Positions 1-8,736 of a stretch of DNA of 60,089 nucleotides are shown here, piece by piece. The notes below the pieces were generated by a model, which did not search any database, was not told where the DNA came from, and was given only the letters and a program-made list of their open reading frames with translations. Source of the DNA: a virus (Duplodnaviria; Caudoviricetes). A program made the position numbers and the translations under genes. The stretch covers positions 1 through 60,089 of IMG/VR virus record IMGVR_UViG_3300032269_001358, one strand, 5' to 3'. Within the stretch, counting starts at the first letter, position 1. Each line of letters opens with the position of its first letter.

Positions 1-59
1 AGTTTCGCAGGCCCGGATGCACCCACCCTGACGCCAGCTGAACGAAACGGAGAGCAAGG

Positions 60-500
60 ATGCTCAAAGACAAGTTGCTCGAAGACGGCTTGACTGAGCC
101 GTGGCGAGAGTTTCTGGAAGCGATTCTCAAGAACTCCGTCCAGAACTGCCGCTGGCTTTCCAGGGCCGTCCGAAACAAGCGCAAGTGCATGAACACCAGC
201 TACGAGGGCAGCTGGGCAAAGCGCCTCATTGGCGCGTGCGTCGCCTGGCGCTGGATCTTTGGGGGCCGCGAGTGCCCCCTTCCGTTCGGAGATCTGTGCG
301 ACGACCTGGGCGTGGACGAGGGCTATATCCGCGCCAGGATCTTGGGCGATTGTCCCAACCAGCTGGACATAAACCAGGTGGTCGACCATCTGGTCTCCGA
401 AATGCCAACTCGCTTGAACAGAAAAGAGCGAGATCGAGGCGACGCGGAGATCGTGGTTGAATGGGAAAGCCTAAAAAATGTCCGGTCCATGAGAGCGTGA
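60..500 (+). CDS. hypothetical phage protein
   Basis: 146 aa ORF with AAGGA RBS; W-I-F..F..LC..LG.D..YIR pattern resembles common phage hypotheticals. Confidence 0.6.
   Translation: MLKDKLLEDGLTEPWREFLEAILKNSVQNCRWLSRAVRNKRKCMNTSYEGSWAKRLIGACVAWRWIFGGRECPLPFGDLCDDLGVDEGYIRARILGDCPNQLDINQVVDHLVSEMPTRLNRKERDRGDAEIVVEWESLKNVRSMRA
365..375 (+). promoter_or_regulatory. candidate late promoter motif GGACATAAACC
   Basis: GGRCATAAACC also at 23181, 33646 and 40580; about 160 bp upstream of the membrane/protease module. Confidence 0.4.
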
Positions 501-533
501 GCTCCTGACCGGCTGCACGACCGGGAGGGAACC

Positions 534-932
534 ATGCCTGGTACTGGTGTTTCGGACTTGCCGCTCGCGTCAGATGCGGCCCAGCCGGATCTTGTGGCAA
601 AGGTCCTGGCTTTCGTCGATCGAGCAAAAGCGGCCTCGTCTGGCGGGCTCACTGTTGCCGAGTTCGGTGAGCTGCTGTTTGAGCTGCTTCGCCTTGCCAT
701 GAGCGGAGTTGCCGCCATGGAGGTCCCTGGCACGGACAAGAAGGCGTTTGTCATGAGCTCGGTTGCCGCGCTCTTTGACGCCATTGCCGACTCCTGCGTC
801 CCCACCTACCTGGTTCCCGTGTGGTGGATTGCCAAGCCAGTCATCCGGACCCTAGTCCTTGCGCTTATCGGCGGCACGAGCGCTGGCGGACAGCCCTCTG
901 GTGCCGTCGAGGCCCTGCTTCCGAAGGGGTAA
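534..932 (+). CDS. small membrane-associated protein (holin candidate)
   Basis: GGAGG RBS; GTDKKAFV motif and hydrophobic C-terminal segment; first gene of a membrane-protein cluster. Confidence 0.45.
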   Translation: MPGTGVSDLPLASDAAQPDLVAKVLAFVDRAKAASSGGLTVAEFGELLFELLRLAMSGVAAMEVPGTDKKAFVMSSVAALFDAIADSCVPTYLVPVWWIAKPVIRTLVLALIGGTSAGGQPSGAVEALLPKG

Positions 933-934
933 TC

Positions 935-1165
935 ATGTCGTTATGGGTTCTCATCATCGCGGCAATCGCCTGGTTTTTCTTCGTCCCGCCGAAGGATAAG
1001 CCCCAGGCCGTGTTGTCGCTGCCGGTTTTGCCATCTTCCGCGCACGGCATTCAGTGCCTGCAATCGCTCCGTAAGCAACTCGCGGCTGACGAGAAGCTGA
1101 CTCCGGATCTCAAGGCAGCGTTCGACTCGATCGCCGCTGCCTTCAAGGATGGAGGTGCTGCGTGA
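935..1165 (+). CDS. small single-TM membrane protein
   Basis: ATG at 935; MSLWVLIIAAIAWFFF hydrophobic N-terminus. Confidence 0.6.
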   Translation: MSLWVLIIAAIAWFFFVPPKDKPQAVLSLPVLPSSAHGIQCLQSLRKQLAADEKLTPDLKAAFDSIAAAFKDGGAA

Positions 1166-1617
1166 ATCGGACTGACCCGCGCACGCTGATTGCCATCGCG
1201 GCAGTCGTGTTTGCGCTTTGGCAATATCAGCAGGACGGGCGTCAGCCGGCCCCACCCTTGCCGCCCCAAGGGTTCGCGCTCAAGGGCCTGTTCGTCGGGC
1301 CGACCGCTAGCGAAGACGCCGTTTCGATTGCGGCCATGACCGCCGAACTTGCGGACCAGCTGGACTGGGATAGTCGCCAGGCGTCTCCCAAGGTTGTGAC
1401 CGGCCAGGCGTGGGATGACTTGCGCATCGCGGTTCGCGAACAGCGAATGCGCGGAGTGAGCATCGGCGAAAGGCAGCCGCACGTGAGGGACGCGATCCAC
1501 AAATACCTGGATGAAAAGGCTGGATCCAAGGGTGGTGAGATGACGCCCGAAGACCGCGTGAAGTGGGTCATGGCGTACCGCGAGATTTCGAGGGCTGCAG
1601 AAGATGCCTCAAAGTAA
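1162..1617 (+). CDS. membrane-anchored hypothetical protein
   Basis: GGAGG RBS, GTGA overlap; N-terminal TM helix then Pro-rich linker. Confidence 0.65.
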   Translation: MNRTDPRTLIAIAAVVFALWQYQQDGRQPAPPLPPQGFALKGLFVGPTASEDAVSIAAMTAELADQLDWDSRQASPKVVTGQAWDDLRIAVREQRMRGVSIGERQPHVRDAIHKYLDEKAGSKGGEMTPEDRVKWVMAYREISRAAEDASK

Positions 1618-2758
1618 GCCGTCCGACAACCCGTTTGACATGCGCTGGCTGATTGCTGGCATTCTGACGTCACTTGCTGCGTGGGCTGCGGTCCAGCTTG
1701 CGCAGGATCTCTACGTCAAGTACGCCATCGTTCGCTCCACAGACTTCGGGTACACCCCGAATCCCGATGGGGTACGCAGGTTCCTGGGCGAACTTGAGCG
1801 CCCGACGTTTCGCGATGCTGGTGCAGAGGCGATTGCCGGCGCGAAGGGCAAGGACTCGTTCCCGTATCGGTCTGCCATCAAGGCACACCACGCCGTCTAC
1901 GGCAAGCCTTTCGGCCCGTGGAACCAGGGTAGCGCCGGAACTTGCGTAAGCTTTGGTTGGGGGATGGGGTCGTACATCGGCCAGTGCGTGGACTGGACCT
2001 GCGGTCGGCTGGCCAATCCGCCGCCCCTTGTCAGCACCGAGCCGATCTACGGTGGTAGTCGAACCGCCGGCCGTCTTCCGCCTGTGGATTTCGCAGGATG
2101 GTCAGATGGCAGTTACGGGGGCGCTGCCGCTCGCTGGGTGGCTGGCCTGAAGAATGGAACAGGCGGGATTCTCTACCGCCAGAAGTACGGCAGCTTTGAC
2201 CTCTCGGAGTACTCCATCGAGAAGTCGAGGGAGTGGGGCGCGTACGGAGTTCCGGCTGAGCTTGCCAGGGAAGCCAACAAGCACACGGCGCGTTCAGTCG
2301 CCCTCATCGAAACCTACGAGGGTCTCTGCGCTGCGCTGGAGTCTGGCTATTGCGTTCCGGTCTGCAGCAATGTTGGCTTCGCAAAGACCAACGTGCGCGA
2401 CAAGGACGGGTTCCTGCCGAGAGGCGGCACGTGGAACCACTGCATGCTGGCCTGCGCGGTTCGGCATGCGCAAAACGAAGGCGGCCGTGATGGGATCCTC
2501 CTGATCAACAGCTGGGGTGATCGGTGGGTGACTGGGCCGAAGTGGCCTGCGGACCAGCCGGACGGCAGCTTTTGGATCAGCAAGGCTGACGCCATCTCCA
2601 TCATCTCGCAGGGCGACTCGTTTGCGATTGGCGGAGTCGATGGATTCTCGTACCGGCAGCTGGACAACGGCAACTGGCTTGGGCCAGTCGATGGCATTAC
2701 TCGTAGGACTCCGCAACCGGCGCGGCTGATCGCCGGAACGTACAGCCTGGCACCATGA
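1604..2758 (+). CDS. papain-like (clan CA, C1) cysteine protease with N-terminal TM/signal anchor
   Basis: NQGSAGTCVSFG (oxyanion Gln + catalytic Cys), WNHCM (His), INSWGDRW (Asn) in papain order. Confidence 0.85.
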   Translation: MPQSKPSDNPFDMRWLIAGILTSLAAWAAVQLAQDLYVKYAIVRSTDFGYTPNPDGVRRFLGELERPTFRDAGAEAIAGAKGKDSFPYRSAIKAHHAVYGKPFGPWNQGSAGTCVSFGWGMGSYIGQCVDWTCGRLANPPPLVSTEPIYGGSRTAGRLPPVDFAGWSDGSYGGAAARWVAGLKNGTGGILYRQKYGSFDLSEYSIEKSREWGAYGVPAELAREANKHTARSVALIETYEGLCAALESGYCVPVCSNVGFAKTNVRDKDGFLPRGGTWNHCMLACAVRHAQNEGGRDGILLINSWGDRWVTGPKWPADQPDGSFWISKADAISIISQGDSFAIGGVDGFSYRQLDNGNWLGPVDGITRRTPQPARLIAGTYSLAP

Positions 2759-3030
2759 CAATGATGAACAACCGCAAGTTCCTGATCGGCCTCGTCTTGC
2801 TCGCTGCGCTCGCTGGCGTGTGGCTGTGGAAGTCTCCGGACTCGCCGCTCGCGCCTAAGAAACCGGATCGCCCGGTGCTTCACGCGATCGTAAGGCTCAG
2901 TCGCTACGCGGCCCGACTGGGCTTGTGGATTGCGCTCTGCGGTGAGGATCAAAGCTCGCAACCGCAGATGGCGCACGCCAAGATTGGCGAAGACGGATCA
3001 CCGACGATCGACAACGGATCTTGCTGGTAA
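2755..3030 (+). CDS. small membrane protein
   Basis: ATGA overlap; basic N-terminus then TM helix. Confidence 0.6.
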   Translation: MTMMNNRKFLIGLVLLAALAGVWLWKSPDSPLAPKKPDRPVLHAIVRLSRYAARLGLWIALCGEDQSSQPQMAHAKIGEDGSPTIDNGSCW

Positions 3031-3040
3031 GGAGAGACGC

Positions 3041-3325
3041 ATGAACGCCTGGCGCTGGCTGATCTCCGTGCTTGTGTCGATGTCCTCTCACCCAGATGCA
3101 ATTCACGACGAGGCGCCAAAGGCCGCCGCCGCCGTGGCAGTTGCGTATGCGCGACTGCCACGGCGGGACGCAGCGCTCGATCTGACGCCAGAGCTTCCTA
3201 GCCCAAAGCAGCCGACTGTGAAGCCGTGTCGTTGTGGAGGCGCCTGCTCTCCAGCTTGCACGTGCGGGTGTCATCGCATGCCTTCTCCTGCCATGGGGTG
3301 CTCAGGCGAGAGGTGCAAGAAATGA
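3041..3325 (+). CDS. small exported protein with Cys-rich C-terminus
   Basis: AAGGAG RBS, ATG at 3041; signal-like N-terminus; CRCGGACSPACTCGC. Confidence 0.6.
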   Translation: MNAWRWLISVLVSMSSHPDAIHDEAPKAAAAVAVAYARLPRRDAALDLTPELPSPKQPTVKPCRCGGACSPACTCGCHRMPSPAMGCSGERCKK

Positions 3326-3456
3326 GCATAAGCTCTCGCCTTCTTCGGCCCGTTAACCGCCCGGCTCCGGATCCCAAGGTGACCTACACCGTGGTGACTC
3401 GCAGCTCGCTCAATGTCATTACACGCAGCGGCGACCGGATTGTTGCCCAGTACTGA
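3322..3456 (+). CDS. small hypothetical protein
   Basis: ATGA overlap, GAGG RBS; fills the gap before the fibre gene. Confidence 0.5.
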   Translation: MSISSRLLRPVNRPAPDPKVTYTVVTRSSLNVITRSGDRIVAQY

Positions 3457-3464
3457 GGTGAGAG

Positions 3465-4265
3465 ATGGCCGACGTCTACGTATCGACACTCCCTGACGGC
3501 ACGGTTGGAACTACATCGTGGGTCATGTGCGAGGATGCAGCAGGCACCACCACATTCCGCGTTGCGGTCAGTGCAATCGTAGCCCTGGTCACCAATGCCA
3601 GTCAGCTGACAACCGGCACTGTCGCGTTCGCGCGCCTTCCCGTAGGCACCTCCGGCAGCACGGTGTGTGTCGGCAACGACAGCCGGCTCTCAGACAGCCG
3701 CGCCCCGCTTTCTCACAAGGGAACGCACTTCACTGGACAGTCCGACGCGATCTTGCCGGCCGACATTGGGGCTGCCGCCGCCGTCCACAACCACGTGCTG
3801 GCCTCCGTCACCGACGCTGGAACTGCGGCCTCAATGAACGTAGCTGCCTCTGGAAACGCCTCAGTCTCTCAGGTCGTGACTGGCAACGACACGCGCCTGA
3901 CCAATGCCCGCGCGCCGACCTCGCACGCCACCAGTCATCAGCTCAACGGCGGCGATCCGATCCTGCCTCGGGTCCTTGCCACGACCCTCACCTCCAGCAA
4001 CAACCTGGACGTCACGGGCTATGACATCGTCCGGGTGACCAGCTCTGGCAACATCACGATTACAGGCATCGTGGCCACGGCACCAGTGCTGATCGTGAAT
4101 GAGAACGCCAGCGGAGGTGGGACGATCACTCTCGCTCACGAGTCTGCATCCTCGACGGCGACCAATCGAGTTCGCTCGCAGACCGGCGGGGACATCGTCC
4201 TTCAGCCAGACGGCGGCCAGGTGTGGCTCTCGAACTCCTCTGTTGCCAGCCGATGGAGGGCCTGA
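3465..4265 (+). CDS. tail fibre-like protein A
   Basis: Ser/Thr/Ala/Gly-rich; GNDxRL and HxH/HxxxH repeats typical of fibre shafts; C-terminal ITGI..HESASS..NR..WR domain. Confidence 0.65.
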   Translation: MADVYVSTLPDGTVGTTSWVMCEDAAGTTTFRVAVSAIVALVTNASQLTTGTVAFARLPVGTSGSTVCVGNDSRLSDSRAPLSHKGTHFTGQSDAILPADIGAAAAVHNHVLASVTDAGTAASMNVAASGNASVSQVVTGNDTRLTNARAPTSHATSHQLNGGDPILPRVLATTLTSSNNLDVTGYDIVRVTSSGNITITGIVATAPVLIVNENASGGGTITLAHESASSTATNRVRSQTGGDIVLQPDGGQVWLSNSSVASRWRA

Positions 4266-4921
4266 TGCTCTCCACTGCTGCATCCATCAGGCGAAACCCC
4301 AGGGCTGTCTCCGGGCTGCTTCTGTGGCTGGACGCTAAGTCCATTGCCCAGGAAGGCCCATTGGAGTCATGGGGTGTTGCCAGCGCCCCGTCCAAGTTCA
4401 ACCGCCCCACTGTCACGCTCGGCCAGTATCCGGCGGTCCAGTTCGACGGAGAGTACGCCTGCCTGACGCTGCCGCAGATCACCTCAGGGTCAACCTGGAG
4501 GGCCTTCGTCGTCGGCACCCGAGCGGGAGGCTCGACCTACGGCACGATCCTACAGCTTCTCAGTGGCGCCAACACCCAGGCAGCCATGGTTGCAAGCAAC
4601 AATGACGCCACCCAAGGGCCGGTTTTGGTGTCTTCAGGCTCCACTCATGTCAAGGGCGGGGTCCTGGCAACAGGTGCGAGGCGAATCCTCACCGTTGGCC
4701 CTAGCTTGGTGAAGCAGAATTACGTCTCGGCATCAACCTCAGCGGTCTCGGCACCGATCGTCGTCTCGGGATCGCTCTCGATGATCGGAGCGGCCAACTC
4801 CAGCGCCCCCATCCGGTTCTTCGACGGCAGCATCAACGAAATCCGCCTGTACTCCAGCCTCACCGCCAGCCAGGAGGCGTCGATCTACGCCGAGCTGGCA
4901 GAGAAATGGGGGATTGCATGA
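4265..4921 (+). CDS. LamG/concanavalin A-like lectin-domain protein (putative receptor-binding)
   Basis: TGATG coupling; GLLLWLDA N-terminal and FDGSINEIRLYS..LAEKWGI C-terminal motifs. Confidence 0.65.
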   Translation: MLSTAASIRRNPRAVSGLLLWLDAKSIAQEGPLESWGVASAPSKFNRPTVTLGQYPAVQFDGEYACLTLPQITSGSTWRAFVVGTRAGGSTYGTILQLLSGANTQAAMVASNNDATQGPVLVSSGSTHVKGGVLATGARRILTVGPSLVKQNYVSASTSAVSAPIVVSGSLSMIGAANSSAPIRFFDGSINEIRLYSSLTASQEASIYAELAEKWGIA

Positions 4922-6276
4922 GGTTCTTTCGCCTCAACCTCAACACTGATGCTGAGTACGAAGCAATACGGGCCAGCGTGGACAGCCAGATCGGCTACTC
5001 CGGCAGCCTGACCTGCATCAGCCCCTACGCCACGGCTCCGGTTGACCAGAAGGGGCGGGTGCTGCTGTCCCTCACCGACAACCAAGCAGGTTATGCCTCG
5101 CTCCTGTCTGCGTTCTCGGCTCTGGCCCTGGTGAAGAAGGCCAAGGAACTCACCCAGGACGAGTATGACGCCAGCTTCTTCCCGGCCCCATCCGGCGTCG
5201 GTGGCGTTTCCTCATGGAACGACCTGACTGACAAGCCGACGAGCTTCATTCCGACCGCCCACGCGCACGGCAACATTACCAGCGCTGGGGCGATTGGAAC
5301 GGTGGCTGGCAGGATTCTCACCACGGACACCGATGGCTTAATCGTGACGTCGGCGGTGGGCGTGGGGATGGTCTATGAAGACGGATCAATTGGGCCGGAC
5401 CTCCCGTACATCAAGACGCAGCTTTCGACCGTCGCCACCACTGGCGCGTACTCAGATCTCACCGGCAAGCCCACGATCCCGTCTGCCTACACGCTTCCCG
5501 CCGCGACCGTCAGCGCTCTTGGTGGCATGATTGTCGGCACCGGCATGTCGGTGACGAGCGGAACGGTGTCAGTGAGCTACGGCACCACATCGACCACGGC
5601 ATGCGCGGGGAATGACGCGAGGCTCTCGGATACGAGGACGCCGACCGCTCATACTCAGGCGTTTTCCACGATCACCGCCACGCCGACAACGCTCTCGGGT
5701 TATGGGATCACTGACGCTGCGACATCGACGCACACCCACGGCAACCTAACCAACGCCGGCGCGATCGGATCGACCAGCGGCCAGATTGTTGTCACCACGA
5801 CGAGCGGAGTGCTGACGACCGCCGCGACGATTGCCGCTGCTGCGGTAAGCGGGCTCGCTGCCGTTGCGACCAGCGGAAGTGCGGCCGACCTTACCGGCAC
5901 GCTTGCCGCCGCTCGGCTCGGCTCCCACGCATCGACGCACCAGACCGGCGGAACCGATGCTGTTTCGTCGGTCGTTGTCACACCGACTAGCCTTGCCGCC
6001 GACACGAATGACTGGGCCATCGGCACGGGAGACGTTTTTCGCGTGGCTGGAACAGCCGCCCGCAACATCACCGGCATCGCCGCAGGGACAAGCGGCCTGG
6101 CGATTCTGTTGATCAACGTCGGCAGTTTTGCGTTGACCATAAAACACCAGAGCGCCAGCAGCTCGTCCGCCAATCGATTCACTGTCCCGTGGGCTGGTGA
6201 TTGCGTCTTGGCTGCGTCCGGCGGGGCTGTCGTGCTGGTCTACGACTCGACTTCATCAACGTGGCGGGTGGTCTGA
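4918..6276 (+). CDS. tail fibre-like protein B
   Basis: WNDLTDKP/YSDLTGKP, YTLPAAT..LGG, PTTLSGYGITD and HxH fibre repeats; C-terminal domain paralogous to fibre A. Confidence 0.7.
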   Translation: MRFFRLNLNTDAEYEAIRASVDSQIGYSGSLTCISPYATAPVDQKGRVLLSLTDNQAGYASLLSAFSALALVKKAKELTQDEYDASFFPAPSGVGGVSSWNDLTDKPTSFIPTAHAHGNITSAGAIGTVAGRILTTDTDGLIVTSAVGVGMVYEDGSIGPDLPYIKTQLSTVATTGAYSDLTGKPTIPSAYTLPAATVSALGGMIVGTGMSVTSGTVSVSYGTTSTTACAGNDARLSDTRTPTAHTQAFSTITATPTTLSGYGITDAATSTHTHGNLTNAGAIGSTSGQIVVTTTSGVLTTAATIAAAAVSGLAAVATSGSAADLTGTLAAARLGSHASTHQTGGTDAVSSVVVTPTSLAADTNDWAIGTGDVFRVAGTAARNITGIAAGTSGLAILLINVGSFALTIKHQSASSSSANRFTVPWAGDCVLAASGGAVVLVYDSTSSTWRVV

Positions 6277-7148
6277 TGCTGTCCATCAGGGCCGCAGGGC
6301 CGACGATCCACCACGAGGCGATCGACTGGGCCACTCGCGCAACGGCCAACGGCGGCACGATCTCGACAACGGTGCTGCGGGCCGTGAGCGACTTTTGTGC
6401 GGGCATGAACCGCGAAGGTTTGCGGGATAGGTTCTATCGGCTCAATCCATTTTCTGGAGGTTTCCTCGGCGCTCTGGTCCCGCTTTATCGATCAACGTCA
6501 TTCGGCGGATCAGTTGTTGGAAACGCCACGGACACAAACGCCAACTTTGTTTCTGCCGACTTCACGGAAACAGGATCAACTGGTGGCCTCAAGGGGAATC
6601 AGTCAAACAAATATCTAAGTACCGGAGTCACATTCGCTGCTGCACCTGTGGCAACGATTTGTTTTGGCGTCTGGGGGCGCGAGATTGAAACCACGACAGG
6701 ATCAAACAGCGGCCCGCAGTTGATTGGCAGCTTGAATAACGGGACTGGCTTCCAAGGCGCTGTTTTTGGCGCAGCCTGGAATTATGGCGCACTGCGTCGA
6801 AATGTAGACGTTACCGGAGCCTCAGGTGCTGCAGCGCCTTATTTGGCTTCCGGTCTATTGTCTTCAGGAGTGATTCAGGCTGGACACGTCGGCAGCAACG
6901 ACTACCAGCAATTTGCAGACGGCGCAGTTGTTGCAACCGCCACAGGAACACCTGGAGTAGCTAGCGGAAATCAAGCTGGGCCGATTCTTGTGTTTTGCCG
7001 AAACCAAAACGGTACGTCTGTTGCCCCAGGAAACTACTCTTCGGCACGCTTGAGCGGCTATTACATTGGTCAAACAATGACGGCAGCACAACACGCTGTT
7101 GTGGCGTCTGCGTTGGCGTCTTTACGCGCGGCACTCGGGAGGGCTTGA
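6276..7148 (+). CDS. putative receptor-binding / lectin-like virion protein
   Basis: TGATG coupling; beta-rich Gly/Asn/Thr composition; more AT-rich codon usage than neighbours. Confidence 0.55.
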   Translation: MLSIRAAGPTIHHEAIDWATRATANGGTISTTVLRAVSDFCAGMNREGLRDRFYRLNPFSGGFLGALVPLYRSTSFGGSVVGNATDTNANFVSADFTETGSTGGLKGNQSNKYLSTGVTFAAAPVATICFGVWGREIETTTGSNSGPQLIGSLNNGTGFQGAVFGAAWNYGALRRNVDVTGASGAAAPYLASGLLSSGVIQAGHVGSNDYQQFADGAVVATATGTPGVASGNQAGPILVFCRNQNGTSVAPGNYSSARLSGYYIGQTMTAAQHAVVASALASLRAALGRA

Positions 7149-7150
7149 TT

Positions 7151-7477
7151 ATGCTCCTCCGCGACCTGTCGCTGCCGATCAACGTGGACGAGGCCCGTGC
7201 ATTGGCGCTCGTGTTCGCTCCCGCCTTGGCCGCGAGGCTCGGCGAACTCCACGCCGCCTATGGATCGACAAACTGCGTCCCGGTTCCGTCGCCGCTCGTT
7301 GACGGGCGGCTAATGCTCGGTGCCGATGTGCTGACGGAGGTTGCGGCAGGCGGACTTTTGGCAGCGATGTGGAGCCACGCCGACCATTCGGTCCTCGGGG
7401 CGAACGTGCAGGTAGTCCCGTGGGATGAGGCCGTGGCGATGATGCAGACGCAAGAGCCGATTCCGTGGGGGATGTGA
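7151..7477 (+). CDS. hypothetical protein (possible fibre assembly factor)
   Basis: GGAGG RBS, ATG at 7151; follows the RBP-like gene. Confidence 0.55.
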   Translation: MLLRDLSLPINVDEARALALVFAPALAARLGELHAAYGSTNCVPVPSPLVDGRLMLGADVLTEVAAGGLLAAMWSHADHSVLGANVQVVPWDEAVAMMQTQEPIPWGM

Positions 7478-7480
7478 TCA

Positions 7481-8017
7481 GTGCGCCCAATGACAGACCA
7501 CGAGCGGACTCTAGCAGAAAGCGTGATGGACATCGTTCCGATTGTCATCAACGCCATGGGAAGATCGTTTCCAGGGATCAGGAAAAAGCTGACGCGAATA
7601 GATGCAAGGTCGGTTGCCTACGTTGCCATCTGTCGGGCCGCACAAACGTACGACTCAACCAAGAGCAAACCCGGCACGTACTTTTCGACGGCCGTGAGGA
7701 ACGCCTTGCTGAAAGAGCTGGCTCGTAGCCAGCGTTTAAGATACGACAGCCCGTTGCGGGTGCCGTGTGAGCTCGCGGAGAAGGAGGACGCGAACGTCAG
7801 CGAAGAGCACAAGGCCCTTCACTTCGCGCTTCGCGTCCTGCCTGGAGAGATGCGTCGGCTTGTTGCGAGCAGATATTTTTCGAACCTATCAATCAGTGAG
7901 ATTGCTGACCAGTCGGACCTGAACCCTAAGACGGTGAGGCGCCGGCTGAGGATTGCGGAGCGCGTGCTCGGAGACCTTTTGGGAATCCAGCCTGAGCCGC
8001 CAGACTCGCAAGCCTGA
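7481..8017 (+). CDS. sigma-70 family RNA polymerase sigma factor (regions 2 and 4 only)
   Basis: Region 2-like AICRAAQTYD..KPGTYFSTAVRNAL; region 4 HTH LP..RRLV..RYF.NLSISEIA....NPKTVRRRL; start may be 7490. Confidence 0.85.
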   Translation: MRPMTDHERTLAESVMDIVPIVINAMGRSFPGIRKKLTRIDARSVAYVAICRAAQTYDSTKSKPGTYFSTAVRNALLKELARSQRLRYDSPLRVPCELAEKEDANVSEEHKALHFALRVLPGEMRRLVASRYFSNLSISEIADQSDLNPKTVRRRLRIAERVLGDLLGIQPEPPDSQA

Positions 8018-8672
8018 CGGAGTTCCGGTTCCACAGGTGGCCGCTCGTTCTCCTTGCGCCTTCTGTCTTGAGCCTCGCCACAATCGAGTCGTAGCTGAGC
8101 CCGAGCTCTCTCAGCTTGCCGATGTACTCAGCCGCCGCCCGTTCGTGCAAGTCTTGCGCGTAGTACGAGAGCTTCTTCGCCCCAACCTTCTTCCAGCCCA
8201 TCGGCGCTGTCCGGTTGTGGGGCTTGCCGGCATTCTTCTTGTGCCGAAGCGCAGCGGCCGTTCGTTCGCTAGCGTACTCGCGCTCTAGTTCCGCAAACGC
8301 AAGCATCACTGAGCAGACGCACCGGCCTATGGGTGTGGATGTGTCCAAGCCCAGGTCGAGCGAGTGAACGAACACGCCCTTGTGCGCAAGCATCGCCAGC
8401 GTGGAGGCACCGTCTACGACGGAGCGGAACGCACGGTCGAGCTTGGCCCACACGATGTGGTCTCCGGGCTGAGCCAGAGCCCAGAGCCGACGTCCCTGAT
8501 CCCGCTCGAACATCGGCCTGGATCCGCTGACCGCCGAGTCGTAGATCCACTCGCAGTACGTGTGTTCCGCAAGCGCATGCCGGATGTACCCCTCGACTTT
8601 GTGCCGCTGCGCATCCTCCGTCAGCGACTGGTGCGCTGTCGAATGGCGGCCGTACCCGAAGATATTTGCCAC
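7926..8672 (-). CDS. serine recombinase (resolvase/invertase family) with C-terminal DNA-binding extension
   Basis: GGAGG RBS then GTG at 8672; YGRHST (catalytic Ser), DSAVSGS, KLDRAFRS, FAELER..SERT. Confidence 0.9.
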   Translation of the reverse strand: MANIFGYGRHSTAHQSLTEDAQRHKVEGYIRHALAEHTYCEWIYDSAVSGSRPMFERDQGRRLWALAQPGDHIVWAKLDRAFRSVVDGASTLAMLAHKGVFVHSLDLGLDTSTPIGRCVCSVMLAFAELEREYASERTAAALRHKKNAGKPHNRTAPMGWKKVGAKKLSYYAQDLHERAAAEYIGKLRELGLSYDSIVARLKTEGARRTSGHLWNRNSVRLASLAAQAGFPKGLRARAPQSSAGASPS

Positions 8673-8681
8673 AGTACCTCC

Positions 8682-8731
8682 AAAAAAAATGCCCCCCAGA
8701 GCAGCGGCAATACGCCACTGCTCTGGGGGGC
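8682..8731 (-). terminator. intrinsic terminator
   Basis: Long GC stem gccccccagagcag/ctgctctggggggc (8691-8731) followed by A then T8 on the minus strand. Confidence 0.85.
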
Positions 8732-8736
8732 GGGTG

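Noticed and set aside
3465-7148. Diversity-generating retroelement acting on fibre genes
   Set aside because: No reverse transcriptase, and no near-identical TR/VR pair with adenine-only differences seen.
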